64,000 bases of DNA from positions 1,987,136 through 2,051,135 of the forward strand of contig OZ244811.1 of assembly GCA_965220105.1 (NCBI GenBank). The letters are read 5' to 3'. The position numbers and the translations under genes are program-made. This document shows, in pieces, positions 10,855 to 21,425 of the stretch. Source of the stretch: Dehalococcoidia bacterium. Lineage in GTDB: Bacteria > Chloroflexota > Dehalococcoidia > Lucifugimonadales > UBA3495. Positions within the stretch are counted from its first letter, which is position 1, and each line of letters begins with the position of its first letter. The notes under the pieces are model-generated. The model had not been told where the DNA came from. It did no database searches and worked only from the letters and a program-made list of their open reading frames with translations.

Positions 10855-10871
10855 GTTTTCGCCGCTATTTT

Positions 10872-11270
10872 TAGCCCGAATCCACCGAAGGGGGCGGTGG
10901 TGGTGGCGGAACAGGAGATGAGGTGCATGGACGCGCGGTCGCCGCCGTCCAGAGCCTGCCTGTCCCGCGAATGCGGCGGGCGGAGGCCACCAGGGTAATC
11001 ATTTTATCGCCAGGATTGGCTCGGTCCGGCGCGTCGCCCAAGTCCAGGTGCCGGTCAACCAGTTGAGGCAGGCCAAGATGCAGGGCCACCAGGCGGTGGT
11101 CGTCAAAGGTGATTTGGATCCGGTCCAGGTGGTTGCGTGGTAGCATCTATCGGGTGCTCTTGGTTTGGGATTGGTCTTCTGTTTCAAAACCGTTATCCCC
11201 GAAGCACAGGAGCACTTTCTTACCCCTTCAGCACGCCGCGACACTCATCTTTTCGGTGGATTGGTTCTTA
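10872..11270 (-). mobile_element. IS1380-family internal-deletion derivative (about 400 bp)
   Basis: Both IS1380 termini are present (TAGCCCGAATCCACCGAAG at 10872; TTCGGTGGATTGGTTCTTA ending at 11270). The 91-aa ORF keeps only MLPRNHLDRIQITFDDHRLV...PGDKMITLVAS of the transposase. Confidence 0.75.
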
Positions 11271-11549
11271 TTAGCAGAGATGAGAATAGCCGAGGCTCTT
11301 ATTATCGGTTTATTCTCCTTGCGACAATAAGCTTGGGGCGTAACCTGCTGACGACAGTATATCTGGCCATGGACCGGCCCAATCACCCGACCAACCATCG
11401 AATATCCAACGGCTCATGAGAATGGCCGGCTGCATGAGCTGGTTGACCGAACCGCTTGAAGAGGATCACCCCGGAGGTCCAGTGGTTACGAAGTCGGATT
11501 CCGCCGAGGATGTTGCCCCGGCTGCTCCAGACATGATCGTGAGGTGTCA

Positions 11550-12233
11550 ATGAATCCTTGGAAGTTGCTCGGCCGGGCACAACCCCCCGGCGGCGGAGCG
11601 GAGCTCGTTTTGTACCAACGTGACTCTGAGTTCTCGCTCCAAGCGGATAACCGGGAACTCATGAACAGCCGGGTTTACGGGTCAGAAGAAGAGATGGCCA
11701 GACTAGCCTGTCAGAACCTGGTGAAACAACCGAGGGCCCGCGTTCTGATTGGCGGTCTGGGCATGGGCTACTCGGTGAGAACGGCGCTGGACATCCTCGG
11801 CCACGATGCCCGGGTGGTGGTCGCAGAGCTGGTGCCAGCCGTGGTTGAGTGGAATCGGGGAGTGCTTGCCGATCTGGCTGGCCGGCCTCTTGACGACGGC
11901 CGGGCTGAACTCCATGGAACTGACGTTGTCCAGTTGATAAAGGCCGCCGGAGGTGACTACGACGCCATCATGCTTGATGTTGACAATGGCACCGAGGCGA
12001 TGGTCCGAAAAGGCAACAATTGGCTTTACAGCCTGCCAGGGCTGACCGCCACCTACGCGGCGTTGCGGCGCGGCGGTGTATTGGCGATGTGGTCTGCCGG
12101 TCCTCAACCGGCATTCGTCAGACGGTTGCGCCGTGCCGGTTTCCAGGTGGATGAAGTCAAGGTGCGGGCGCGTGGTGGGAGCAACCGCAAGGGAGGCGCA
12201 CATCACGTCGTTTGGATTGCAACGCGCGGTTGA
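11550..12233 (+). CDS. Spermidine-synthase-like (polyamine aminopropyltransferase family) protein
   Basis: VLIGGLGMGYSVR (SAM/dcSAM-binding glycine-rich loop), DAIMLDVDNG and the overall size are typical of short spermine/spermidine synthase-like proteins. GAGGTG lies 4 nt before the ATG. Confidence 0.65.
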   Translation: MNPWKLLGRAQPPGGGAELVLYQRDSEFSLQADNRELMNSRVYGSEEEMARLACQNLVKQPRARVLIGGLGMGYSVRTALDILGHDARVVVAELVPAVVEWNRGVLADLAGRPLDDGRAELHGTDVVQLIKAAGGDYDAIMLDVDNGTEAMVRKGNNWLYSLPGLTATYAALRRGGVLAMWSAGPQPAFVRRLRRAGFQVDEVKVRARGGSNRKGGAHHVVWIATRG

Positions 12234-12559
12234 TGGAGGACAACCTTGAATAGTGCTGGCACGGTGGTGATATGCCGGCCAGTCACCCCCCGGCCCCCAA
12301 CCCTTGAATTACAGAGCTGACTGCCAGCGGGAGTCTTCGACCTCTACGGTATTTATGTCTATGTTGTGATACTTGCGATGCTGCACCGACGACGCGTAAT
12401 GCCGCAGCAAACGGAACGAAAATTCCCGCTATTCGAGGCAATCCCTTGCGTTGGGTAACGGTTTTGTTGAGGCAATGCGCCTGCTGGACCACTACGGCCT
12501 CCGCTCCACCCGTATCAATCGCGGCCAGAGCCATGAAAACGGCGTCGCCGCGCAGGCTC

Positions 12560-13339
12560 ACTACCGCGTTCCAGAGCGAGCCCGACGCCGCACCGGTGCG
12601 GCTCATCGTCTCTGCATCACCATCCGCCGGCGGGTGAAGCCAACTCCCGGTTCCCAACTGGCCCGCTTCGCCAACTACAGATATCACGGCTGCATCACCG
12701 ACCGGGACGGGGGAACCCTGGAACTGGAGGCCGACCATCGCCGCCATGCCGAGATCGAGAACGCCATCCGAGACCTCAAGCACGGCGTAGGACTCAACCA
12801 CCTGTCGTCGTGGCGCTTCGCCGCCTGGCTGACCGTCCAGGTGATGGCGCATAACCTGGCCCGCTGGGCAGCGCGGCTCGGTCTGGGCGAGCAGGTGGTG
12901 ACCACCAAGACCCTCCGACGACGCTTCTTCTCTATGGCCGGACGGCTCACCCGCTCGGCGCGCCGCCTCACCCTCCATCTGCCCAAGGGCTGGCCCTGGG
13001 AAGCCCAGTTCAGGGCGCCCTGGCACGATTGCGCGCCCTGCCATTTCCGGCCTGACGGCGCCGCTGGTGTCAACGCCGACGGAGGTCTGACCCGCCCACC
13101 AGACTACCCAACCGCCTCGCAGACTTGCGCCAGATCGGTCCCCGAGCGTCTCTGGCTGCATGCTGCCCTGACCATCTCGCCCAGCGCCGCCACCGCGGGC
13201 CGCCAACATCCCCTTTGCGCAGCTGCCGCACCCTGCACTCAGCCAAATCTATTGGGTCAAGCCCTAACGTCTCTCTCCCTTGCCGCTCATCCCTGGTCTG
13301 ACCAACATGGCTACATCCTTTCGGTGGATTCGGGCTTAG
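12560..13339 (+). pseudogene. IS1380 transposase 3' portion plus right terminus (5'-truncated, frameshifted)
   Basis: FQSEPDAAPVRLIV then RRVKPTPGSQLARFANYRYHGCITDRDGGTLELEADHRRHAEIENAIRDLK... parallels residues of the intact copy at 17126-18451. An extra ~17 nt near 12610 shifts the frame. The right IR TTCGGTGGATTCGGGCTTA ends at about 13339. Confidence 0.75.
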
Positions 13340-13627
13340 GAACCAGAGCGTCCGGCCTAACCGCCGTCAGCATGGTGGCCTGTCGCGCTGCCTTGCCTCT
13401 CATCGGGGAACCTCTCTGCCGCAGATAGCAAATCCTGCCACCGGGCGTTCATCCCGCTCCGATTTTCAACACCCTGCTAGATAGGGCAATGGCCCTGCCT
13501 ACCGGCCGGCCTACGAACCTTATTTGATCTGCAGTGGGCTGTTCCCGCATGGGTGGCTCAAGCAGCAGGAGAGATCGTACGTCGATTGGCCGTCCTATTC
13601 GAACAACTGATGGGCATACCACTCTGT

Positions 13628-15340
13628 TCACGCGGTTTGCACGCTGGCGGCTGTTTGCAGGCCCAACTCTTCCACTGCCATCTCGCGCATGCGGAACTTC
13701 TGGATCTTGCCGGTTACGGTCATGGGGAACTCGTCGGTGAACTTGACGTAGCGGGGGACCTTGTAGTGAGCGATCCGGCCGCGGCAGAAGTCGCGGATGG
13801 ATTCTTCGGTCGCGTCCGCGTCGGGCTTGAGGCGGACCCAGGCCATGACCTCCTCGCCGAACCGCTGGTCGGGCACGCCGATGACCTGCACGTCGTCGAT
13901 CTGCGGGTGGGTGTACAGGAACTCCTCGATCTCGCGGGGGTAGATGTTCTCGCCGCCGCGGATGATCATGTCCTTGAGGCGGCCGGTGATTTTGTAGTAG
14001 CCGTCCTCGTCGACGGTGGCGAGGTCGCCGGTGTGGAGCCAGCCGTCGGCGTCGATGGCGTCGGCGGTAGCCTCGGGCATGTTGAAGTAGCCCTTCATCA
14101 CCATGGTGCTGCGGGTTTGAAGCTCGCCCTGCTGGCCCGGGCCGACCACGAGGCCGGTCTCCGGGTCGACCAGCCTGACCTCCACGCCGGGCAGAACCTT
14201 GCCCACAGTGGAGACGCGACGCTCGATACTGTCGTCGGCGAGGGTCTGGGTAACCACCGGCGAGGCCTCGGTTTGGCCGTAGGCGATGGTGATGCGCTCG
14301 GCGCCCATGCGGTCGATGACCTCGCGCATAACCTCGATGGGACAGGGGGAACCGGCCATGATGCCGGTGCGCAGGGAGGAGAGGTCAAGGTTGGCGAACT
14401 CGGGATGGCCGAGCTGGGCGATGAACATGGTGGGCACGCCGTGGACGGCGGTGCAGCGCTCAGCGGATATGGCGTGCAGGGTCTGGAGGGGATCAAAGTG
14501 CTGGGCGGGAATGACCATGGTGGAGCCGTGGACAACGCAGTTGAGGCTGCCCATGACGCAACCGAAGCAGTGGTAGAAGGGAACCGGGATGCACAGGCGG
14601 TCGTGTTCGTCCATCTCCATGGCGTCGCCGACGTGGAGGGCGTTGGCTACCAGGTTGTGGTGGGTGAGCATGGCGCCCTTGGGGTTGCCGGTGGTGCCAG
14701 AGGTGTACTGGATGTTAACCACGTCGTCGGGGCCGCACTGGGCCTGGCGGTTGCGGAGGACGTCCGGGTTCGTCTGCTCGGCGAGGGTCAGCAGGTCATC
14801 CCAGCGCCGCATGCCGGGGGGTGCGGGAGTGGAAGCGTCGTCGTGGGGCGGGATGAATATGACGTGGCGCAGGTGGGGGAAGCGAGTGGAGTTGAGCTCG
14901 CCGGGCGACGCGGACGCCAGTTCAGGGACCAGCTCGTTGACCATGCCCACGTAGTCGGAGGTGCGGCCTGTCAGGACCGGGGCGCGGAACCGGCCGATCA
15001 GGATGAGGGCGCCGATCTGCGCCTGCTCCAGCACGTAGGCGAGTTCGTGGGTACGGTAGGCCGGGTTGACGGTGACGAGGACGGCGCCAATCTTGGCGGT
15101 GGCGAACTGGGCGATCACCCACTCGGTGTAGTTGGTGGCCCAGATGCCGACATGCTGGCCCTTTTCGATACCGATGGACAGGAGGCCACGGGCCACGCGT
15201 TCCACCTCGGCATGAAACTCGCGGTAGTTGAAGCGGTCGCCGGTGGCCGCGTGGACAAGGGCTTCCCGTTCGGCGAAGCGTTGGGTCTGGATGTCCAGGA
15301 TGTCGCCGATGGTGCTGCGCGTGTTGATGTTGTGAGTCAC
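13628..15340 (-). CDS. AMP-forming acyl-CoA synthetase / fatty-acid-CoA ligase
   Basis: [18 protein letters not shown] (AMP-binding motif), [35 protein letters not shown] and KIQKF. Start taken as GTG 15340, 6 nt after AGGAGG; the track ORF begins at 15367. Confidence 0.9.
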   Translation of the reverse strand: MTHNINTRSTIGDILDIQTQRFAEREALVHAATGDRFNYREFHAEVERVARGLLSIGIEKGQHVGIWATNYTEWVIAQFATAKIGAVLVTVNPAYRTHELAYVLEQAQIGALILIGRFRAPVLTGRTSDYVGMVNELVPELASASPGELNSTRFPHLRHVIFIPPHDDASTPAPPGMRRWDDLLTLAEQTNPDVLRNRQAQCGPDDVVNIQYTSGTTGNPKGAMLTHHNLVANALHVGDAMEMDEHDRLCIPVPFYHCFGCVMGSLNCVVHGSTMVIPAQHFDPLQTLHAISAERCTAVHGVPTMFIAQLGHPEFANLDLSSLRTGIMAGSPCPIEVMREVIDRMGAERITIAYGQTEASPVVTQTLADDSIERRVSTVGKVLPGVEVRLVDPETGLVVGPGQQGELQTRSTMVMKGYFNMPEATADAIDADGWLHTGDLATVDEDGYYKITGRLKDMIIRGGENIYPREIEEFLYTHPQIDDVQVIGVPDQRFGEEVMAWVRLKPDADATEESIRDFCRGRIAHYKVPRYVKFTDEFPMTVTGKIQKFRMREMAVEELGLQTAASVQTA

Positions 15341-15570
15341 GGTCAACCTCCTGCCGGTTTGGTCCAAGCGATTAGGCCGCGGCCAGGTCGTGCTCGATCG
15401 TAGACCAGGGCGTGACGTCCGTCCCGCGGGTTTCGACTTCCTGTTCCATTGTAGCGATGCGGGGGCGGTTCAGCGCAAGGGTGCGGCGTAGATCTGGCCG
15501 CCCTTGGCACCTGATTGGTAGGACTGCGTATATACATGATAACCAATCGACGCATTGGGCTCGTGCGGAT

Positions 15571-16926
15571 TCAGTATTTGTAGAAGTGATGCCGGATTTC
15601 AAAGTCAGCATCGTGCTGGGAGAACAGTTCCCAGTCGGCCCGGCGGATGGTGAGGTACGAGTCCGCGAGCAACGGCCCCATGGCATCGGTCAGGGTAGCA
15701 TCGGCCTCAAGTTCGCGGATGACTTCCAGCAGCGATCCCGGCAGAGGTCTGATGCCGCGTGTCGACAATTCTTCAGGCGTCAATCGGGCAGGGTCCACGT
15801 CGATGCGCAGCCCTTCGGCGGGGGTCAGGGCGCGCTCGATGCCGTCCAGGCCGGCGGCGATGAGGCCGCCCAAGGCGATGTACGGGTTGGAGCTGGAATC
15901 CGCGGGCCGGAACTCGAGGTTGGTTGAAGCCATCTCGGACCCCCAGAATCGCGAGGGTATTCGCACCGCCGCCTCCCGATTGTCCGGCCCGTAGCAGATA
16001 TAGGCGGTGCTCCAGGAACCGGGAGATATGCGCCGGTAGCTGTTCATACTGGGGGAGGTCAGGGCCATCAGGCCCGGCAGGTGTTGCATGATGCCAGCGA
16101 TGAAGTGGTACGCCGTGGCGCTCAGTTGCAGTTCGTCGTCAGGGTCGTAGAACAGGTTGCGCTCGCCGTTGGCATCCCACGCGCTGATGTGGGTGTGGCA
16201 ACCGTTGCCCGGTTGGTCGGGGAAGGGCTTGGGAGCGAATGACGCCAACCAGCCGTGCTTCCAGGCGACGTTGCGCACCGTCTCACGGTAGATTATGTGA
16301 TTGTCGGCGGCCCGCAGCGCGTCGGCATGGGTGATGCTCAACTCCTGCTGGCCGTGGCCCAACTCGGTGTGGTACTGTTCCAGCTGCAATCCTTGGGCTT
16401 CCAGCGCTTGCACCACTTCGTCCACCACCTCCTGCGAGAAGGTCGCGCCCAAGGTGGAGTTGTCCAGGCTCTCGTCCATGGGGACGAACGAATCCCCCTC
16501 CCGCCGCGCCAGGTACCACTCCGGCTCCATTGCGGCCTGGAACGTGAGGCCCATGGACTCGGCCTTCGCCAGCACCCGCTTCAAGAAACTGCGGGGGCAG
16601 GCCGCCCAGGGCTGGCGGTCCATGGTGATCATATCCGTCAGGATGAGCGCTCGCCTGGGCGCGTAGGGCAGGATGGTGAAAGTATCCAGGTCGGGCACCA
16701 TGCGAAACTCACCCACCGGTCCCATGCCGTCCACCACCTGCAGTTGGTCCATATCGCCCATGGCCTGCATTGCCGTCGTGACGCCGATGCCCGATTCGAG
16801 GCGCCGCTCCAGGCCGGAGACGTGGGTGGCCTTGCCCCGGATGATTCCGCCGTTGTCGCAGTAGGCGAACGTGACCAGTTGAACACCGGCGTCGCGGGCT
16901 TGCTGGACGATTTCGTGGTCTTCCAT
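15571..16926 (-). CDS. Glutamine synthetase family protein (type I-like; possibly a gamma-glutamyl-amine ligase)
   Basis: EPEWYL, HTELGHGQQEL, KPFPDQPGNGCHTHIS, NSYRR and EFRPADSSSNPY are GS catalytic-domain motifs. True start is ATG 16926 (MEDHEIV); the longer track ORF reads into the IS1380 terminus. Confidence 0.85.
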   Translation of the reverse strand: MEDHEIVQQARDAGVQLVTFAYCDNGGIIRGKATHVSGLERRLESGIGVTTAMQAMGDMDQLQVVDGMGPVGEFRMVPDLDTFTILPYAPRRALILTDMITMDRQPWAACPRSFLKRVLAKAESMGLTFQAAMEPEWYLARREGDSFVPMDESLDNSTLGATFSQEVVDEVVQALEAQGLQLEQYHTELGHGQQELSITHADALRAADNHIIYRETVRNVAWKHGWLASFAPKPFPDQPGNGCHTHISAWDANGERNLFYDPDDELQLSATAYHFIAGIMQHLPGLMALTSPSMNSYRRISPGSWSTAYICYGPDNREAAVRIPSRFWGSEMASTNLEFRPADSSSNPYIALGGLIAAGLDGIERALTPAEGLRIDVDPARLTPEELSTRGIRPLPGSLLEVIRELEADATLTDAMGPLLADSYLTIRRADWELFSQHDADFEIRHHFYKY

Positions 16927-17000
16927 ATTCTCTCCGTTAATTATGGGCTGCGAAATGGTTATATCTACACTGAAAGAGGAGCGGTAGCGATCCGCTCCCC

Positions 17001-18730
17001 TAATCCCCAATCCACCGAAAATATGAGTGTCGCGGTGTGCTGAAGGGGTAAGAAAGTGCTCCTGTGCTTCGGGGATAATGGTTTGCGAGACAGCAAACCG
17101 ACCCGAAACAAGGAGCACCCAACAGATGCTACCACTTGACCATCCCGACCGCATCCAAATCACCTTCGACGACCGCCGCCTGGTGGCCAATGCTGGGCTG
17201 CTCCTTCCGGTCACGTTGGCCCAGCACCTGGGTCTGCGTGAACTGGTTGACCATCACCTGGACCTGGGCAATGCGCCGGGGCGGGCGAACCCGGGCGACA
17301 AGATGCTGACCCTGGTGGCGTCGGCGCTGGCTGGCGGCGACTGCATTGACGACGCCGACGTGTTGCGCACCGGGGGAACCGCCCAGACCCTGGGCTGCGT
17401 AGTCAAGGCGCCGTCCACCCTGGGGACGTTCCTGCGCAGCTTCCGGTGGGGCCACGTCCGCCAATTGGATCGGGTCAGCCGCGAGCTGCTGGCACGGGCC
17501 TGGTCGGCTGGGGCCGGACCCGGCGACGCGCCATTCACCATCGACCTGGATTCGACGATCTGCGAGACATACGGTCTGGCCAAGGAGGGGGCGCGCGACC
17601 ACGGCTACACGGGCAAGAGGGGCTATCACCCGCTGTTGGCCGTGGCCGCTGGCACCGGCGACGTGCTGATGGCCCGGCTGCGCGAGGGCCGGGCCAACAC
17701 CGCTCGGGGTGCCGCCCACTTCCTGCGTGAGACGGTGGGGCGGGTGCGCTACGCCGGGGCCAGGGGACAACTCACGGTGCGGGCCGACAGCGGCTTCTAT
17801 GCCCACGCCATCGTCGCCGCCTGCCGCCGGATGGATGTCCGCTTCTCCATCACCATCCGCCAGCACGCCAGTGTGCGCAACATCATCGAGGCCATACCCG
17901 AGCAGGACTGGACGCCCATCCCCTACTGGATGGAGGGCGCCGCCGACGTGGCCGAAACCAGCTACACTCCCTTCCAGAGCAAGCCCGACGCCGCGCCGGT
18001 GCGGCTCATCGTCCGGCGCGTGAAGCCCACGCCCGGTTCCCAGTTGGCCCTCTTCGCCACCTACAGCTATCACGGCTTCATCACCGACCGGGACGGGGCA
18101 ACCCTGGAACTGGAGGCCGACCATCGGCGCCACGCCGAGATCGAGAACGCCATCCGAGACCTCAAGTACGGCGTGGGGTTGAACCATCTCCCCTCGGGCC
18201 GCTTCCCCGCCAACGGCGCCTGGCTGGCGGTGCAGGTGCTCGCCCACAACCTGGCACGCTGGACGGCGCGCATCGGTCTGGGCGAGCAGATCGTGACCAC
18301 CAAGACCCTGCGACGCCGCTTCTTTTCCATGGCCGGAAGGCTCACCCGCTCGGCGCGCCGCCTCACTTTGCATCTGCCCCAGCGTTGGCCCTGGGAAGCC
18401 CAGTTCAGTGGCGCCCTCGCTAGATTCCGAGCGCTGCCTCTCCCCTCCTGACGGCGCACGACCGCCACTGACCCGCCATCCGGCCAACTGAACGTCCCCG
18501 CAAACTCGCACCAGCTCGGTCCGCGAGCATCTCTTGCTGCGTCTTATCCCGCCATCTCGCTCGCAACAACCACTGTAGGCCGACATCGTCGCCCCCCAAA
18601 ACGCCTGCAGACCGCCGCCAACCCCCCGTCTACCCGAATTCGAGCCCGGGCCATCGCGTTTGTAATTTCCTCACACCCCCTTCCTGTGTTCTCACTCCCT
18701 CAGTCCGTGTCCATCGGTGGATTCGGGCTA
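17001..18730 (+). mobile_element. IS1380-family element, intact copy
   Basis: Termini TAATCCCCAATCCACCGAA (17001) and TCGGTGGATTCGGGCTA (ends 18730). One full-length transposase. It sits 74 bp upstream of the GS-family start codon. Confidence 0.85.
17126..18451 (+). CDS. IS1380 family transposase
   Basis: GGDCIDDADVLR, DLDSTICETYG, YTGKRGYHPLLA, HAEIENAIRDLKYGVGLNHLPSGRF and LAHNLARW. AAGGAG lies 10 nt before ATG 17126. Confidence 0.9.
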   Translation: MLPLDHPDRIQITFDDRRLVANAGLLLPVTLAQHLGLRELVDHHLDLGNAPGRANPGDKMLTLVASALAGGDCIDDADVLRTGGTAQTLGCVVKAPSTLGTFLRSFRWGHVRQLDRVSRELLARAWSAGAGPGDAPFTIDLDSTICETYGLAKEGARDHGYTGKRGYHPLLAVAAGTGDVLMARLREGRANTARGAAHFLRETVGRVRYAGARGQLTVRADSGFYAHAIVAACRRMDVRFSITIRQHASVRNIIEAIPEQDWTPIPYWMEGAADVAETSYTPFQSKPDAAPVRLIVRRVKPTPGSQLALFATYSYHGFITDRDGATLELEADHRRHAEIENAIRDLKYGVGLNHLPSGRFPANGAWLAVQVLAHNLARWTARIGLGEQIVTTKTLRRRFFSMAGRLTRSARRLTLHLPQRWPWEAQFSGALARFRALPLPS

Positions 18731-18764
18731 ATGTTATACGGGGCTTTCAATAGGGCATAACCTA

Positions 18765-19480
18765 AACCGAAGCCAAAGTGAAAGTGAAACCCGCATCAGG
18801 GTTGAGTAGAATTGAGGGCAATTGAGTTAGTGGGTCTGAAAACCGGAGTGGGGGTTGCTGTTGGGCATGAAGAAGATGAAGGCGCAGCTGGAGCGTTGGC
18901 AATTGGGCGAAGCTGAGGTACGGCGGCGGATTTACCGAGGGCCAACGCCCCGAGAGCGGGAGCGGTGGCACGCATTGTGGTTATTGACGCAGGGCTGGAC
19001 CGCAGGGGCGGTAGCCGAGGCGTTGGGGAGGGATGCCCATACCATCGGCCGGTGGGCGGTAGCTTTCACAGAAGGCGGTCCGTCGGCGCTTGTTTTTGAG
19101 CAGACTGGGGGTTCCCCCACCCTGGACGGAGAATCGACCTGTCCAACTGAACTGGAAGGTGATGCGCCGATTTGTGCAAGACCGCTTCGGTTGGGCGCTG
19201 AGCCGGAGCAGTTGCCTGAATTACCCCCGTCGACGCGGGGGCAGGCCCTGCATCGCCTGGGGTTTGTGCTGAAACGGCCCAAGAAGCGTCTACTCAAAGC
19301 CGACGCAGCCAAGCGGGAAGCCTTCGTGGCGGAGCATGACGCCCTGGTGGCAGAGGCGCAGCAGGTGGGAGCCAAGGTTTTCTTCGTCGACGAGGCCCAC
19401 TTCCGGGCGACCCACTTCCGGGCGGATGCTGACCCGAGGGGCAAATGGGTACTCAAGGGTGAGCCAGTGTCAAGGGCGGG
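18765..19480 (+). pseudogene. ISx (second IS630-like type) 5' portion with decayed transposase
   Basis: Left terminus AACCGAAGCCAAAGTGAAAGTGAAACCCGCAT follows a TA. HTH part WHALWLLTQGWTAGAVAEALG; frameshifts around 19100-19270 (NWKVMRRFVQDRFGWALSRSSCLNY in another frame). FFVDEAHF carries a 15-bp tandem duplication at 19396-19425. Homology is lost after about 19480. Confidence 0.7.
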
Positions 19481-19649
19481 GGCAAAACGTACCACTGGGG
19501 CTGTCGACGATCAAGCCGCCCACGTGGTCCACCTTACCGCCGCCGTTTACATATGCATGAGTCGGCGCATGGCTTGCAGAATGTCCGCAAAGTTTCGATA
19601 TCGAACATCGACCAGGATCGGCAACAGCATGGCTCCTTGGCCGGCGCAA

Positions 19650-20120
19650 TCATCGCTCCGATGGAGAGCACGGCATCAGGGCGTCGTCAGTACGAAATTC
19701 GCGCATCAGCTGGGCCAGCAGGAAGAAAATGTTCTCCACGGCGTTGGTGGCCTCGACGATAAGACGGCGGCGCTCAGGGTCATCGTCCGGTTCGGCGGAC
19801 AGGTACCTGGATCGGACTTCCTGCATCACAACCCGGCGGTCTCCCATCAGCTCAACGACAAACTCCCAGGATTCGGGATCGTCGTCTTCCAGGTTGACCT
19901 ACAGGTACCGGCGGGTGACCGTTTCGCCGCGGCTGCCCTCTTCCCTCATGCTGGCGTAATTGAAAATCAACGCCAGCGCCAGCCCAATGAGCATCAGCAT
20001 GTACCAGACGCTCAGCACGTCGAAAGAACCGGCGAGGAAATTGTTGATGATGAAGTACACCGCCACGACCACGGCGACCCCAACCAGGTAAACTCCGGCC
20101 AGTTTCTTCAGTCCGTCCAT
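19650..20120 (-). pseudogene. Two-TM membrane protein gene with in-frame TAG
   Basis: GGAGG lies 4 nt before ATG 20120 (MDGLKKLAGVYLVGVAVVVAVYFIINN...). ORFs 19899-20120 and 19650-19847 are in the same frame, separated only by TAG at 19899-19901 (..RRYL*VNLEDDDPESWEF..). Confidence 0.5.
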
Positions 20121-20346
20121 AAGACCTCCGTTGGCCCTCATAGCCCTGCCCCACTCCGTCTTGGGAACCGGGGAGAAGGCTTTTGAGCGCGAGGTGGATG
20201 TTGCCCTCGGTATGATTCCAGCGTAGCACGCAGTTGCTAGTGGAATAAGGCTGCTCTTCCATTCCGGCGGCTCGATTCCGCGGGCTGGTACAATTACCCC
20301 GGAGAGGGCACGGGCACGCAATTTTGACCAAAGGGGAGGCTCAGTT

Positions 20347-20841
20347 TTGACATTCTGGCGCAAAATATTGTCGGTCATCGGCGGTATTACCGCCGCCGTA
20401 ACCCTGGCCAACGAACTCTACTGGCCCTACAACAAGGAGGTGGGCCAGTTTATCTGGGACTACATTGCTGACCCGGCGATAATCATCGTCATCGCCCTCA
20501 ACGTGCTGGTCAACGTGCGTGATTCCCTGCGAACCCGCAGCCAGGCCGGCGATCACCTGGCCCAATGGCCCCGGGACGTGGTAACCGCCTTGGTGGCCAT
20601 CGTGGGGGTCCGCTTTCTGATGCAGTATGCCGACAAGATTGCCCCCGGCCACGAAGCCACATCCGGGTTGTGGGGGCACCTGACTGCCCTGGCCATCGTC
20701 ATGCTCGTCTTTGAAGCCATCTCCCTGTGGCGGTCTGCCGGCCGAGCGAGCCAGGGCAGTCCGGGGTGGCCAGATTGCTCCGCCGGTGCGGGGAAAGAGA
20801 CAGTAATAGCCGACAATGACCAAGACCATCTACCTGGCTAA
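20347..20841 (+). CDS. Integral membrane protein (3-4 predicted TM segments), unknown function
   Basis: TTG start 6 nt after GGGGAGG. Hydrophobic stretches ILSVIGGITAAVTLA, AIIIVIALNVLVNV, VVTALVAIVGVRFL and LTALAIVMLVFEAISL. Overlaps the next gene by 26 nt. Confidence 0.6.
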   Translation: MTFWRKILSVIGGITAAVTLANELYWPYNKEVGQFIWDYIADPAIIIVIALNVLVNVRDSLRTRSQAGDHLAQWPRDVVTALVAIVGVRFLMQYADKIAPGHEATSGLWGHLTALAIVMLVFEAISLWRSAGRASQGSPGWPDCSAGAGKETVIADNDQDHLPG

Positions 20842-21280
20842 CCCTTACGGGTTTTCAGCCCAGCAGAAGGCAACCCTGCTGCCCCCCATCGTGACGGCGC
20901 TGGAGGAACTTGGGCTGGAAGTTTGGGAACCCTTCGTTCGGAACAACCAGGTGGACTTTCTGGAGCCGGGGTGGGCCTACCTGGTTGGCCAGAAAGACTT
21001 CCGCGACGTGGTGGATTCCGACGCAACCTTCGCCGTCGTCAACGGCGTTCCCCCTGACGAGGGCGTGATGGTGGAGCTGGGCATGGCCATTGCCCTGGGA
21101 AAGCCCACCTTCCTATTTCGGGACGATTTCCGCCGCGTTACCGACAGCGAGCAGTATCCCCTGAATCTCATGCTGTTCACCGGGCTGCCCGAAGAAGGTT
21201 GGCGGGACTTCTACTACACCTCCGTTGAGGAGATGACGTCCCCGGAGAAAGCCCTGGCCCGGTGGGCCAGCCGTCCCTAA
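20816..21280 (+). CDS. Nucleoside 2-deoxyribosyltransferase family protein
   Basis: IYLANPYGFS..., DEGVMVELGMAIALGKPTFLF and NLML match the Nuc_deoxyrib_tr fold pattern, including the catalytic Glu context. The stop codon TAA (21278-21280) is created at the MITE junction. Confidence 0.75.
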   Translation: MTKTIYLANPYGFSAQQKATLLPPIVTALEELGLEVWEPFVRNNQVDFLEPGWAYLVGQKDFRDVVDSDATFAVVNGVPPDEGVMVELGMAIALGKPTFLFRDDFRRVTDSEQYPLNLMLFTGLPEEGWRDFYYTSVEEMTSPEKALARWASRP

Positions 21281-21425
21281 ACTAAAGCCAATGTGGAATC
21301 TACATTTGCGGGGCGATGAAGATTGGCTCAGGCGCCACAGGTGAAGCTCTTCCACCTGTACCCGGAGGGTGGTCCGGCGCCGCCGATGACTTCCTCCATA
21401 TGCGTATTTCACCTTGGTATTATTT
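21280..21425. mobile_element. MITE copy 1 (ISx-derived, ~146 bp), TA-flanked
   Basis: About 90% identical by eye to 48122-48268. Its ends match the two ISx termini (AACTAAAGCCAA(T/G)GTGG.. and ..TTTCACCTTGG..). TA at 21278-21279 and 21426-21427. Internal hairpin ACAGGTG..CACCTGT. Confidence 0.8.

Noticed and set aside
10486-10871. tRNA-derived att repeat (a copy of the tRNA-Thr 3' end) marking a classical tRNA-integrated island
   Set aside because: I found no second copy of the tRNA 3' segment anywhere in the window by eye. Only the unrelated 34-bp repeat was found, and it is reported separately.
12455-12560. Integrase-core-like snippet (..LLDHYGLRSTRINRGQSHENG..) just left of the IS1380 fragment
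   Set aside because: It is reminiscent of rve-type DDE transposases, but only about 30 residues survive and I cannot name the family with confidence.
13553-15403. 616-aa plus-strand ORF
   Set aside because: It is antisense to the well-supported acyl-CoA synthetase. The translation is Gly/Ala/Val/Asp low-complexity, typical of shadow ORFs in high-GC DNA, with no motifs.
16927-17214. N-terminal 96-codon extension of the GS-family ORF in the track
   Set aside because: The extension reads across the IS1380 left terminus (..IIPEAQEHFLTPSAHRDTHIFGG.. is IS sequence translated). ATG 16926 gives a normal GS N-terminus.
17129-18586. 485-aa minus-strand ORF (and its twin at 23274-24647)
   Set aside because: Both are antisense to IS1380 transposase genes. 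They recur only because the IS is repeated, and their composition is shadow-like.
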